Notes under the pieces: model-generated
What the model saw: only the letters and a program-made list of their open reading frames with translations
The model's database searches: none
Told to the model about the DNA's origin: nothing
Position numbers and translations under genes: made by a program
In this document: positions 1 through 12,544 of the stretch, one piece after another
Numbering within the stretch: position 1 is the stretch's first letter
Layout of the letters: every line of letters begins with the position of its first letter
Assembly (NCBI GenBank): GCA_965178125.1
Contig: OZ237737.1
Coordinates: 186,001-250,000 of the forward strand
Reading direction: 5' to 3'
Length of the DNA stretch: 64,000 bases
From: Bilabrum cf. latius
Taxonomy: Eukaryota

Positions 1-3000
1 TGCCTCTTTGTCTGAGCCAGCTCCTTTCGCCTTACCCTTGCCCTTGCCCTTGCCTCCCGCGCGCCTGCCACCCTTGGGCTTCGCAGCCGAGGATGAAACG
101 CGCCCTGCGCCCAGCCCGAGCGCCCCCGGGTCCGGCCCGCAGTAGACCCAGTCCAGCGCAGCGTGGAACTCGCCCACGTGGTGCGTGAACACGGGGTCGT
201 GCCCGAAGCAGGCAGACACCGACGAGGCCAAGGACAGCGGCTTGTCCAGCATGGAAGTAGACAGCAGCCCGTGCCACGCACCCTCCGGTGCCAGCCATCC
301 TTCCGGTACCATATCTCGAAGGCGGGGCAGCGACAGCAGTGCAGCCGGGTATGGCACACCCTTCTTCTCTCCCTCTCGAATCTCGCTCGTGCTGGCCTTG
401 ACGGTGCCCCGTGACAGCAGCCTGTGCATGGGGTGCGAGCTGAGCGCGTTAAAGTCCCCACCGATGACGAAGAAGGGCCAGCTCGGCCGCCCAAAGCTGC
501 CCTTGGCCAGCTGCCCATCGGGGTCCGTTGCCTCCAGTGAGGCCCGAAGCCTCGCCACGGTGGCATGCACGCACGCGGACATCTCCATGAGCTGCAGGTG
601 GGGCTGCCTGAACTGCGCCGTGATGTGCACGCTCACGGCCATGCCCACGTGCGCCGTTCTCCTGTGCCTCAGAACCACAGCAGCGGCCACCTCCGGCAGC
701 GTCGACTGGAACAGCGCCCTGGTCTTGGCCGGCTGCTCCGATTGGGAGATGGCCTCGTCCCCTAGGTGCACGTCGTGCTTCGAGATGCACTCCCAGTCGG
801 CCGTCTGCCAGTGAATCGAGGGCCCGATCGCCCGACCAGCCGTGGGCCTGCCGCCTGCCTTGCGCTTGCGGCAGTGCAGCCCCTCGTAGCCGATCGTGAC
901 GAGTGCGCCGTTGAGCCAGCGCTCGTGGTTCTGCTCAGAGGAGCCCCTTCCATTGCGGTTGCCGATCCGGACAGGCATGGGATCCGCCTCTGCGCCGCCC
1001 TTCTCTTCTTTGCCCTCGCCCGCACCTGCACCGCTGCTGGCACTACCACTACCGCTGCCGCCCGTCTCTTTCTTGGCGTCCTCCTTGGCTGCTTCGTCTG
1101 CCCTGCGCTTGAATGCCTGCGCGTCCTCCTCCTTTGGTGGCGCGTCCTTGACAACGAGAGCGACAGCGTCCGGCGTCTGCCAGCTCTGGACCTCCTGCAG
1201 CATGAGGATGGACGGGAGGCGGAACCTGATCTCCTGCATGTGCAGCGCGCGGCGCCACTCCCACTGCATTGCGGTGCGGGAGGCGTACGGGAACTGGTGC
1301 GGCCCGCAGAGGTCGCCTGCCAGGAGGTTGCGAGTCTCGACCACGAAGGCAGTCTTGTCCCGGCCCAACCTCTCGAGGAAGCAGCGCTCCAACGCCGCCA
1401 CGGCACGAGGTACAAGTCTATCCGCCGCTCCGACGTCAAAGGAATCCCGCCGCGCAACCGCAGACGTTTGATGCCCGCCGGCTGCACCAGCCTGCCCTGT
1501 CGCCGCCACTGCCCCAGCCGAGGCACGATCGTCAGCCCCATCAGACGACAAAGACGAAGGAGATGAAAGAGGCTCCAGCTCCAAACGACGAGCCAGCAAG
1601 GCGGCGGGCGCGCATCCCCGCAGGCCCAGCGGCCGGCTGTACCACCGCTTGCCGCTGGCCAGCCGTGCGGCCTCCTTGCGCCCCACCCCATCCGTGGCCC
1701 CATCGCTGCTGAACCGCGCCTCTCCGTCGCTTCCCTCTCGTAGCATCGGCCGGGCCTCCTGCCCGCCGGTGCTGGACGCACCCTCGGTGGATCCACGCGA
1801 CGATGACGCGGATCCGCTCGCGCCACCGGGCGCCAGCGCGGGCACGCCGGGCCTAGCCCCCAGCGTGGCCCCGCCCACCGTGCTCGCATCACCTCCAATG
1901 ACCGAGCGCGCGCGGATGGCCTTTCTCGCCCTGTTCACTCGTGACTGCATGCGCAGCGCGCTGGTGATGAGTGCCTGCAGCAAGTGGGGAGACTCCTCTC
2001 TGTGGTGGTCTTCTGCAGTGTCACCGCTGCCGATGCCGCTCATGGAGCGCAGGACTGCGGCATCCACGCTCGATGACGCACCGGCGGATGCTCCTTCCCC
2101 GCTTCCATCCGGCAGCGGCGTCCCACCAGCCTCGAGTAGCGACTCTGCGTCTGCTTTCCTCTGCCTCGCTCGGTCCCCAAGCGTGCCACCACCACTGGCG
2201 AAGGTGTTCGAAGCTTGGCGGCCATCGGCATCTTCTTGGTCGAGACTTTGCTGCCGGGAGAGAGGAGGCACTCCCGGAGGATCTGCGCTGCCAGCCCCTG
2301 CCCCCGCATCGCCACGGTTTACGTGCCTGTGAGCCGCGAGCGCAAACACGCGGAATGCGCTGTCGTCCCTTGCCACGCTCTCGCCGCGAGCCATCGACAG
2401 AGGTGCCAGTGAGGGCACCTCGCCCTCACTCTCACCGCTACCGACGTCACTTGCCCCAGCCGAGCCTGCGCCTGCACCACCGCTTGCGCTGAATCCTTCG
2501 CCCGCACCGTCCGATTTCCTCTCCTCCGCGTCCTCATCGGCGAACGGCGCCAGCGACACGTGGGCCTCCCGAGAGGCACGCAGCCCAGCCATTATGCTGT
2601 CGCTTGCCCCAGCCCCGCCCTCGTGGTCGCCACCATCCCCAGCCCCGCTGCTGGCACGGCCATTTGGGTCCTGCTCAGAATCGCTCTCGCTATCGCTGTC
2701 GCTGTCGCTCTACCCCACGCCGGACTGCTGCCTAGTCAGGGCGAAGCGGAGCCCTCGCGCCACGGACAGACCGAGCAGGGCAGCATGGTGCTCCCGACCA
2801 CCACCCTCGTGTCCCAGCTCAAGAGCATCGTCATCGCTACCGCCCTCGTCTTCCTCATCTTCGCTGTCTGAGGACTCCGAGGACCCGCCCGCGCCACCCC
2901 GTCCACTCTGCTACTGCACCCGAGCCAATGCCCCGCCCTTACCCCTGCGACCCGCCGTGGGCATCTCTATGAGTCCAGTCCCCTTGGACGATTCATCAGA

Positions 3001-5064
3001 CGCATCCCCCGTCGGACCCTCCTCGGTCTCGCCGGCCTCCAAGCTACCCCTTGCCCCGTCCACGGCGCTCGCGGCCGTCGCTCGGCACAGCTGCCTCAGC
3101 CGCTTCACGGCCCCAAGGGACAGCACCCACCGCCTTTGGAACGGGAGGCCCTTCCGCAGACGGGCGTATCCTTGGTCCAGCACCGCGTCTACTTTCTTTC
3201 CCGACACTTCACCCGCGCCCTTGGCCTTGTTCTCTCCATCTACCAGCTCCCTGACCTTGGCGGCGTACCCGGCTGTGATGACCGCGTGCCGGCTGCACAC
3301 CAGGGCGGCGGCGAGGAGAGAGAGGCCGCGCGCATTCAGGCAGGGAACAACCGCAACGGTCGCACCTCCTTGCGGCGCTGCGCCATCCGCGGGTACCAGG
3401 CCCTGGTGCCTCCCCAGAGCTTTGACGACTCGAGGCATGGCTTCGAGCAGGACCCTAAGACGGATGCGGGGACTGGGACCACACAGAAGCTCCGCGTGAA
3501 GAGCGGCGTCGTACACGATGCGGGCGGGAGACAGCGAGTAATCGATGGCCAGTCGCAGCTCCTCGGCCGCCTCGAGGTCGGCTCGGGGCAGGGCACCGAG
3601 GCCCAGTGCCGCGCCTGCCTCCGTGGCGGCCTGCTGGGACATCGCCTCGCTTGGGGAAAGGACCTGTTCGTCTGTCTTTGAGCTGACTTGCGCCTCGGCT
3701 GTGATGAGTCCACCGGCACTCCCACTGCCAGCCCCCTCCTCCGGCGCCAGCGCCCTACCACTACCACTACCACTACCACCACTGTCACCGCCAGTGCCCC
3801 CGCTCGCAATAGGAGCAGTGTCCCAGAGGGGCACCATGCCCACCTCCTTGCGCCCCTCGAAATCCTCCCCCAGCACCACCATCTCGACGGACTCGCTCTT
3901 CTTCAGGGCGCCCTGCACCTCCAGCGGGGTCACGCTGTAGGTGCTCAGCGGGGGCACGACGCAGGCCACGGCCACGGGCACCACGTGTGCGCTGTTCGAG
4001 GTGGCCCCGACCTGCGGCCAGAAACCGTCCTGGTGGAAGTGCTGCAGGGAGAGCCAGGACTCGATCTGCTGCCGAATGTGCTCTTGCCGGCTGGCCACGC
4101 GCACCATCCACGCGCCGTGCACTGACGGGTCGCGACCGCTTGCTGCCGGCCCTGCTCCAGGTTCGCCACCAGCGGCAGTGGGGCCGGATCCCGCGAACAC
4201 GACGAGGGCAGGGGACCCGCTGGCGGCCCTCAGCAGCAGCCGGGGCGACCGCACGACCGCCCTGACGTCCTCCCGCGCGGCGAGCTCGTGCAGCGGAACC
4301 GCAGTGGCGCCCGCCTTCTCGCCGTCGAAGCCGTTGCCGCGCATGGCGCGAGCGACCGGCATGGCGCGACGCAGGACAGCAACGATAAAATGGGTGCGGA
4401 GGTCGTCGGGCAGCAGCTGGCAAGCAGACCCGTCCGGCGCTACCTGCAGCACCTGCGAGGACCGCAGCATCGAAGCCAGGAGCTTTGGGAGTGCAGAGGG
4501 ATCTGGAACGCCCTCTGGCACACCTGATGACTTGCGCGACTTGCGATTTGACACTTTCCCTCGATTTGTCGAGTCGTCTGCTGCCCCACTCTCCGCGGCG
4601 GCAGCTTCGCGCTCGCGTACCTCTGCCATCGCCGCCGCCTCTGCGGCTGCTGCTTTCCTAGCCGCATAAACATCCCGCCAATGATCGCCCAAGTCTACCA
4701 CCCGCTTCACTTTGCACAACATATGGATGTCAACGAGGGGGCTGGAAGGCATTTCGGAGTCGGCGTGCAGTTCATCAAGATCGTCGCCACTCCCGACGCT
4801 TGCAACGTCGCTGTCTGCATCATCATCAGTGGGCACAGACCCACTACCCGCTCCCAGACTAGACGGACCAAGTGCGGGCCCACCCGAATTGGGACGATCT
4901 GCGCCGTCCAGGTGGTGAATGGTGACTTCGCGCAATTCGGGCGCAGCCGTCAAGAACAGCTCCTCAACGAGCTGTGTGAGCGACACAACAAATTCGCGGC
5001 CCGGTCGAAAGTGCGATTTCGCTTTCTTTTTTCCTTTCTTGGACTATTCCCGCGAATGGGGCAT
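1..5064 (-). CDS. Large protein (3'-partial, >1680 aa): N-terminal degenerate La-type HTH motifs plus C-terminal CCR4/Angel/nocturnin-type EEP phosphoesterase domain
   Basis: One frame runs from ATG 5064 off the window edge once TAGs at 5044, 2911 and 2710 are read as Gln. EEP motifs: VVETRNLLA..QFPY...W.WRR, ILMLQEVQ, VSVHI, VIGGDFN. La-like segment IRQQIESWLS..F.QDGFW. Start codon uncertain. Confidence 0.75.
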
Positions 5065-5438
5065 GCTGGGCGGCGCAGAATCCGACACAATGGTGGTGAG
5101 CAGCTGCAGCCACGCATCACACACTGCTGCACTTTTTGACCCGGAGGTTCTGCGCCGTCAGGAACGGCACGGAAAACTCCTTTTGGCAGGCTCTGTCTGA
5201 ATCACGCAGCTAGATCGAAGACTTCCATCTTGTTTGCAGCCATCCAAACTGCAATCGGTCAACACGACGCCTTGGCCCTACCGGCCGCCAGCGGGCTCCT
5301 CCTCCAAACCGAGCCCCGCCCTGTTGTTAACACCTGTGCTCGAGGGGAGGACACCACACTTACCAATACGCAAAGGTTGTCTCAAGTCGCAGCCCATCTC
5401 AAGCCCTACAACAATCTCCGCCTTTCCCCTTCACGGGA

Positions 5439-6954
5439 TCAGTCCGATTTGGAGCCCCCACGGACAGCCGACCCAGCCCCGGACCCAGCCCCAACGCCGG
5501 CCCCCACCGCCCCCGCCCCCGCCTCCTCCTTGGGCACAGCATCGGACCAGAGCCCCACGCCGTAGAAGAGCGCGATTGCAAGCACGTCCCTGGCCATCTG
5601 CAGTGCCGCCGTGAGAGGGTCCAGCGTGGAGCCGTCCACCTCGTGCCAGTGCACCGGGACCTCCACGAGCGCCATCCCTAGGCGGTGCGCCACCATGACC
5701 AGCTCGACGTCGAAGGCCCACCGCTCGATGTGCAGCACGGGGAACAGGCGCCTGGCCGCAGCCCTGGTGAAGAGCTTGAAGCCGCACTGCGTGTCCTTGA
5801 TGCTGTGCCCCCCGCCCAGCACCATGATGCCGGTGTGGAAGCCCCACTGCAGCAGCTTCCTCAGGGGAGACCGGTTCACTGTGGGCCCCCCCTCCTCGCC
5901 GGTAGCGACCCCGCTGCCACTGCCACTGCCACTGCCACTGCTGCTCATGGCAGCGCGCTGCTCCTCCATGGCAGCCCGTGAGCCAACCGCCATGCCAGCC
6001 GCCCGGCTGCCGAGGGCAAGGACCGCGGGGTCGCTCAGCGAACCTTCGCTGAGATCACCGGAGGAGGAGGCCCCGGTCGAAGCCGCCAGCGAGGCCGCCT
6101 TGGCCTTCCCCGGTGTCTTGTTCTCCAGCTCTTTCAGGAGCGCCCTGTGGAGCGCCTCCACGTCAGAGGCGCGAGTGGCCCCGTCCGCGTCCGCCATCAG
6201 CACGAAGGCGCCCCGGGCCCTGAGCGCGCCCTTGCGGACGGCTCCGCCCTTCCCGTGGTTCTGGTGCAGCCTGCACAGCCGCAGCTTGTCCACGCCCCAC
6301 TTGTCGCTGTACTCCCAGGCCACGCTCGAGGTGGCGCCGTCGTCGGGGGAGCCGTCGTCCACGATGATGATCTCCCAGCTGCTCGGGTACAGCTCGTCCA
6401 GAACGCCCTTCATTTCGTTCAGCATGGTTGGCATGCGAAGTTTCTCCTTGTACGCGGGCACGACGACCGTGATCGCCAGCTGGGCCGCGTCGTGGACCGA
6501 GGGGAACGGCTGCAGCGACCTGCGCGCAACGTTGCAGCTGGTGGGAGATTCGCATGTTATGTAGCGTGCCGGGACGATGGGCCAACACCTCACACGGACA
6601 GATAAGGTTCTCAGTGAGACCGCGCGATCAGGGTGCGCCTCGTCGGGTCGGAGCAAGCGAATCAGTTGACGGTTTCCACGTTGGATTGGCGCAACTCACT
6701 CTTTGGGACCTTGTTGGAAGGTGTTCTCCTACTGATGGTCTGCAGTCTTTGTGCTAGACCATGCTTGGTACAGGGGCACGGCGAGCCAAGCAGCCAACAG
6801 CGCCTGCGAGGGGAAGTGGGTAACTTGATTGATGGTCGCGATCAGCTGCATACTTCACATTCACGCAACAGACAAGCGAAGCCATTGCGACTGATCGATC
6901 AAGACTTAAAAACAGAGTAAGGCATACCTGGACGAACGTCGGGGGCACAACCAT
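5439..6954 (-). CDS. ALG5: Dolichyl-phosphate beta-glucosyltransferase (GT2)
   Basis: Motifs PFPSVHD, VVVPAYKE, EIIIVDDGS, NHGKGGAVRKG, LMADADGAT, IKDTQCGFKLFTR, ERWAFDVEL, WHEVDGS. TGA stop at 5439. The 5' exons (ATG 6954, two GT-AG introns, one TAG at 6729) are a manual model. Confidence 0.9.
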
Positions 6955-7217
6955 ACGCCCTGCAGGCAAAGTGCACCCAAGATTTGGTGCCTGCTCATTT
7001 ACAATTCAATCAGGCATACATCTCACGACACCAGCTGCGGCACATATTCCTAGCCAAAATAGTACTGTTACAAATAAGTTCGACTGGTCGCCATCCTCCA
7101 TATCCTGGATTTCGCTATAAGTGTGAATCAATCCTAGATGGCACGTTCCCAGATCTAACATGCTCCATCCAGTATTGTGTAGTTATTGTATATTACTTTA
7201 AGCAGGTCCATTTAAGC

Positions 7218-7289
7218 TCCGTAATGGTGTAATGGTTAGCATATCTGGCTCTCACTCAGGTAATCCGGGTTCAATTCCCGGTTACGGAA
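7218..7289 (+). tRNA. tRNA-Glu (anticodon CTC)
   Basis: Cloverleaf: acceptor TCCGTAA/TTACGGA, D-arm GTGTAATGGTTAGCAT, anticodon loop CT-CTC-AC, T-loop GGTTCAATTCCC. Followed by a poly-T Pol III terminator. Confidence 0.95.
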
Positions 7290-7394
7290 ATTTTTTTTGT
7301 TCAAAATCTGCCTTTGGTTGAATGACCCCCTGCTGTGTTGTGTTCACGACACCACGACTAGACATCAAATCGGTAATACCGCTGTCTATGCAAA

Positions 7395-9125
7395 TCATGT
7401 GCCAGATTTGCTCTTCTTGGCCTTCTTGCTCTTCTTCGCCTTCTTGGATTTCGTGGCCTTGCCACTGCCGTCCTCCGTCCGGCGACGCTTGGAGGCCTTG
7501 TCCTCGCCGGGCGCGGTTTCAGTCACACCATCCCCGGATCCTGCTTCCCTCCTGCCTCGCTTGGAACCGAGCGCCTCTTGCTCATCCCCGCTCTCTGCCT
7601 CACCCTCCTCATCCTCCTCGTCGTCCTCCGAACCCGCTCCCTCTACCCCGGACTCACCCGCTTCCTGCTCCTGTTCCTGTTCCTGTTCCTGTTCCTGTTC
7701 CTGTTCCTCGGCCCCGGCCTCACCCCTGTGCAGCCTGGCTGCGAGCTTCCTGATCTGCGGCCGCAACGAAGCGAGCACGATGGGCAGCGCCTCCTCCGTG
7801 CGGATGGTGCGCGACCCCTGGCCCGGGCACACGTTCAACCACAGGTCGAACAGGGACCCGGGGTCATCGGCCGCGAAGGCCAGCGCGTCATCCGCCTCGA
7901 TGGCCTCCTCCAGGCCGCGGACCCCACCCAGCACAACGAGCAGGTGCTTGAAGGCAGGCAGGCGGGCCTTGCCCCCCGGGCCCGTGTCGTCCACGTCCGC
8001 GCCGCGCTCCGATGTCCCCACGGTGAAGTCGTACCCCCCGCTGTGGGGACACTCCGCAAACACGTGGGCCAGGGACGTGGCCATCCGCACCTGGTACCCC
8101 CAATACGTTCCGCTGGTTTCGCGCGGCGCCGACGGCCCGACCGCCTCCCCTTCCAGCCTCCCCCTCTGCCTACGCCTGTGGTGGTGTGTAGCACCCCCCC
8201 CCGCGCCCCCGTGGTGCCCCCCCCCCACCACCGTGGACAGGCCCCTCCCGCTCGCCGACATCTCCCGGCGCCCCGCGTTGGCTACCATGGCTGCGTCGCG
8301 GCCCGCGTCCGCGATGGCACGCTGTGACGAGTGCAGCCTCACCGTGACCCGCACGCCGGGCCGCAGCGGAGCATCCAGCGCCACGGGCTTGGCCAGCCCC
8401 GCGTCCGCCACGCACCCCCTGCCACCGTGCGAAGAGGAGGAGGAGGACGATGACCCCACGTCCCCTCCATCCCCAGCAGCCCCCCCGGCTGCAGCGTCCC
8501 CGTGTCCACCCCCGAACCCCGCCTTGGGGTCGATCGTCACCGCCTCCCTGAACTCGCTCCACTCGTCACCCCGCAGGTGGTGCGGGGCCCCGAGGGGGTT
8601 CATGAGTCCCACGAGTCTCAGGTCTTTGTGCATACCGAACAGGTTCTTCCTGATGTACTGCGGAGTCTCCACGTACTGCAGCAGGCGCGCCATGAAGCCG
8701 CAGAGCTGCGCGCCCTGGCTCTGGCTAGCGCCCCCGGCGCTGCTTGCACCGCTAGGACCGTCTCCGATGCTCGAAGAGTTGCCACTGCTGTGCGATTCCG
8801 CCGGCGCCAGGCCGATCTCTCCCCCGCGGGATCGATTTGCTCCGCCCTGCCCGTCGCGGGAGCCCTTGCTGTCCCGCGGCCGTCTGCGCGAACCGCCGTC
8901 GTGAAGGTGGGACAGGCCGTCGTCGAACACTACAATCTCATCAACATTGAAAATCCCAGCGGCTCGAGCGACCTGGCCCACCACGTAGGTCTGAAGTTCC
9001 CGCGTCTGTACGTTGGCAAGAATCGAGCCCGGAAGAGCGACCGACACCGTGTACGGGCGCGGAATACCTTTCTTCAGACCAGCATGTCCAACATCGCTGC
9101 AATAAAGTGGGTCTAGAGAGCTCAT
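7395..9125 (-). CDS. SPOUT1: SPOUT-family RNA methyltransferase (C9orf114/CENP-32-like)
   Basis: TVSVALPGSIL, GQVARAA.IFNVDEIVVFD, LQYVETPQYIRK, PL.APHH, YWGYQVR, GYDFTVGTSERG, QGSRTIRTEEA. Intronless, TGA stop, (EQ)n and K-rich tail. Confidence 0.92.
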   Translation of the reverse strand: MSSLDPLYCSDVGHAGLKKGIPRPYTVSVALPGSILANVQTRELQTYVVGQVARAAGIFNVDEIVVFDDGLSHLHDGGSRRRPRDSKGSRDGQGGANRSRGGEIGLAPAESHSSGNSSSIGDGPSGASSAGGASQSQGAQLCGFMARLLQYVETPQYIRKNLFGMHKDLRLVGLMNPLGAPHHLRGDEWSEFREAVTIDPKAGFGGGHGDAAAGGAAGDGGDVGSSSSSSSSHGGRGCVADAGLAKPVALDAPLRPGVRVTVRLHSSQRAIADAGRDAAMVANAGRREMSASGRGLSTVVGGGHHGGAGGGATHHHRRRQRGRLEGEAVGPSAPRETSGTYWGYQVRMATSLAHVFAECPHSGGYDFTVGTSERGADVDDTGPGGKARLPAFKHLLVVLGGVRGLEEAIEADDALAFAADDPGSLFDLWLNVCPGQGSRTIRTEEALPIVLASLRPQIRKLAARLHRGEAGAEEQEQEQEQEQEQEQEAGESGVEGAGSEDDEEDEEGEAESGDEQEALGSKRGRREAGSGDGVTETAPGEDKASKRRRTEDGSGKATKSKKAKKSKKAKKSKSGT

Positions 9126-9307
9126 CGATCAAGAAGCGCGTAGATGGAGCATGCAAGCGCAGTTGCAGATTGGTGCCTTGAGATGAACGTTCCATTTCTA
9201 CAAGCGAACCTTGTGGGAATTTTCAGGTGCTTTGGCCGGTTGGGGCCTTTGAAGCGCCATCTGCCAGTTCCAAGGCCATATTTTGCTATACTTGGATGGC
9301 TGCAGGT

Positions 9308-12300
9308 ATGTAGACAATAGATTCAACATTTCCAAGGGTTGAATCGGAGTGTGTGTTGTTCAATCAGATTGCTGGAGTAGATCTACACCGGCACGACGCC
9401 ATTGTGCAGAGCGTCCAGGACCGCACACGCCTCTAGCAATACGCAGGGCCCTTGCACCTAGACGAGCATGAGTTTGAGGGGTATGTTACACAGTTTGAAG
9501 AGCTTGGCGGAAGCGTGAGTCCTGTCTTCCGGACACATTTGTGACGATCCAAAAAGCTCAAGGCCTTTGTCCGGCTTCGACGAGAACGTGTTGAGCCAAA
9601 GTTGCGATACGAGTGGTTCGCCGCTTCACGAATAACGCCATCTTCTTAAGCACACTTGGAATACTTTCCGATTATTCGCTCGTAGCCACGATGGCAGCAC
9701 GGCGTAAACTGCGCTGGCGATCGAAACAGTAAAGCATGGTAATTGCCCTTGTCAAGGACTTCCTTTCCCCGCTTCACCCTCGCGCACCCGTACCCTGCAG
9801 TTTCGAATGACTGATGACGATGAGTCCATCTTCCCCAGGGCCGATACTGATCGTGGCTACTCAATAGAGGCCGGGCCTCTCGTTTCAAGGCAAACGCTGC
9901 TTCTGCGGCCGGGAGACATCGTCATTCCGGTGTGCCACGAGGGCATGAATCGATCTCAAACCATGCACTGCCTAGCGGAAGCGCTCGCTCGCCTCTCGGC
10001 TGAAGCGTGGCCGGACCGCCCCAGGATCGCCGTGATGCCACCCCACGGGGCCGAGACAGGCTGCGACCCCCACACCGCCTACAAGGACCTGACTGAGGAG
10101 AACTACTTCGGGTACCTCTACTCGCCCATCAACCCGTCCAGTGACCCGGCCGAGTGGCAGCACAGGTGCCACCGGGCGGTCTTCGGCAGAGACAAGGTGG
10201 ACAGGTTCGGGCTCAAGGCGCTGAGAGGCTCTGGCCGCATCCGTTCCATCAACTACACGTACGATCCCGGCGTGCCCATCAGCATGGTGGAGCGCACGCG
10301 ACAGGCGCAGCGCTAGCACATGAACATAACTCTGTACAGCCCTGAGTGGCTGCGCGGGTGGGCCTACTAGCACGAGCCCGCGAGTGGGGAGGCGGGGGCT
10401 GCTGGAGGTGCTGCCGCGGGAGGCGCGAGCGGTGCTGGTGCTAGGGCTGGCGCTGCTACTGATGGCAAAGGTACCCGTCGCATCGTGTTTTTGTGTTTCA
10501 TGCGCGGCGGCCCGATCGTGATTCGGAGGCTGGTGGAGGCCTGCCAAGAGCGGGGGGCTGGCGCAGATAAAAAGCCTCTGTCTGGCGTGTGCGTGGCGTG
10601 TTTGCCACTGGGCGACAACATCTCGAGGGCGGGGGCAGAGCACAACGACGGGACGCCGGAGGCAAATGAAAGGCGGGGCAAGGGCAACCAGCTTGCGATC
10701 GAGAAGACACTGGAGCAGTACTCCCGGATCGTGCGCCCGCTGCTGCCAGCCGACGGCAACAGGGCCCGAGATGCGATATCTGCCCGGCTGCGGTCGCTGA
10801 GGGCGCCAGCCGAGCTGCAGCGGAAGGTCCTGCAAGCTATAGAGGAGCGTAAGCAAGCCATGGTCGCATGGGAGCGGGAGAGGGCCGAGATGCTTGACAG
10901 GCGCATGGAGGGTGCTGGTGCTGGTGCTGGTGCTGGTGCTGGTGCTGGTGCTGGTGCTGGTGCTGGTGAAGACGGCGGGCCGGATCTCGTAACCGCTGCC
11001 ATCCTCTAGGCGCAGCTGAAGGGCCTGCCCAACGTGAACAGTGTGAGCCCTGTGCTGGAGAAGCATACCATGGGTGCTCGCAGGAAGGCGTGGGCAGACC
11101 GTCGCAGGAAGGCGTGGGCAGACCGTCGGAGCAAGAAAACCCAGCTATCAGGCAAAGGACGGGCAACTCTCTGGGACAGGTCTTCTAATACAACAGCATC
11201 GATGCAGAGTGGTGGTGCGCACTCCTGGTCGATTGACAGCTATAGCATGCTGCATCAAGACGCAGCTGTCCGTCGCCGGGACCCCGCGGCGCCCAGCGAG
11301 GACCATGGTGTGCTAGACAATGGCAATGGGGAGGGTGAGGGCAAGGAGGACGACGACGAAGGACACACCGGCATGCCGGGCGGGTACGACAGCGGAGACG
11401 CAAACAAGGACGTGCCTAGGGCGCGGGGTGGGTCAGCGTCTTCAAGCAAGGTGGACAAGCCCGCACGGTCGAAGGCTGGGCAGGACCCTGTGGACGGGGG
11501 TACATACCCTCGGGAGGGCGGGAGTCGGTTCAGATCGAGAGGGGCCAGGCGGAGCAAAGAAGAGGAGATCTTCGACTGTGCTCGGGCTTGTGTTGCAGCT
11601 GAGGCCCGCTAGAACCAGGCACCATCAGCTCCTCTGCCGTCCGACTCCGACTCGCAGCAATCAGGCAAGCTTCGGCCCCGGCCCGGTGAGGATGCCGACG
11701 GTGACATCACCGTGGTGGGGGTGCCGAAGAAAAAGGAAGAGCCTTCCTGGGGACAGGACGAGACCGCAAGGGAGGGCGAGGGCGATGGCGGCGACGTTGC
11801 TGCAGGTGGCGCGGGTGATGGACAGGCTGACTTCGAACTAGAGAGTGCCAAGGCAACGTCTGCCCGCAGTCCGAAAGCAGCACCCAGCGGTCCTCCCGCT
11901 GCAGGCTCCGGGTCATTGCTAGCAGGAGCGGTACAGCCAGCAGTGTCGGAAACTAGGACGTAGGGATCGCAAGGTACGTCTGCTCTCCGTCAGGCTGGCA
12001 GTGGAATAGTATAGGGCCGCCATGAAGAAGAGCACGGCCAGGGCTCACTTGTATCGCATGAAGGTGCGTCCGGTGGGCACTGTAGATCTACTGCACACCG
12101 TGAGCGGGCAAGCTAGCCCCAGCGCTCGCTGTATGAACCCGCGGCGAATGTACCCGTTAGAACTGCCTCTAGCCCCTCACACGGGCATGATCGTTCGGCG
12201 AGCCGCGGCAACAAGGCAGGCGAGCCGCGGGGCGTGGAGCGGGCATCGTCATGGTCAACAAGGGATGCCACCTCCACTGGCAATCACATCGGCAGTGGTG

Positions 12301-12443
12301 AACTTCGCTCGGCGCCGGCGCCAGAGTCGGGGTTTGACGACAGCTCTGCTCAAGCGGGGGCATCCCGGGGTAGCGGCGCAGGGCATGCGAACGGAAGAAG
12401 CCAGGTGGGCGGTTTACGTAGCCCGAGGACCGGATTGTGGTGA
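9308..12443 (+). CDS. Uncharacterised protein, paralog A, with LMW-PTP/Ssu72-like CX5R motif (VCHEGMNRS) and long low-complexity C-terminus
   Basis: Exon 1 9308-9514, intron 9515-9800 (GTGAGT...CTGCAG), exon 2 to TGA 12443. Five listed ORFs fuse in one frame across TAGs (9311, 9434, 10314, 10368, 11007, 11610, 11961, 12012, 12114). Homologous to 25872-27928. Confidence 0.75.
10911..10968 (+). repeat. (GGTGCT)n coding microsatellite (Gly-Ala repeat)
   Basis: Visible hexamer run inside paralog A. Confidence 0.9.
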
Positions 12444-12544
12444 CTCGGCTGTGGGCCTGCTTCAAGTTGCTGCTGCTAGACGCAGTCGATGCTTGATTCG
12501 AACTAGATCAATACACGCTCACGTTGGCTGCTCTCCGCCATGCA

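Noticed and set aside
7218-7289. Possible UAG-decoding (CUA) suppressor tRNA
   Set aside because: The anticodon reads CTC, not CTA, and the body is a typical tRNA-Glu. The tRNA required by the recoding is not in this window.
7297-8904. Long antisense or alternate-frame ORFs (e.g. 7297-8904+, 28272-29693+, 29916-31010+)
   Set aside because: These are shadow ORFs of real genes caused by high GC and codon bias, with no recognisable motifs.
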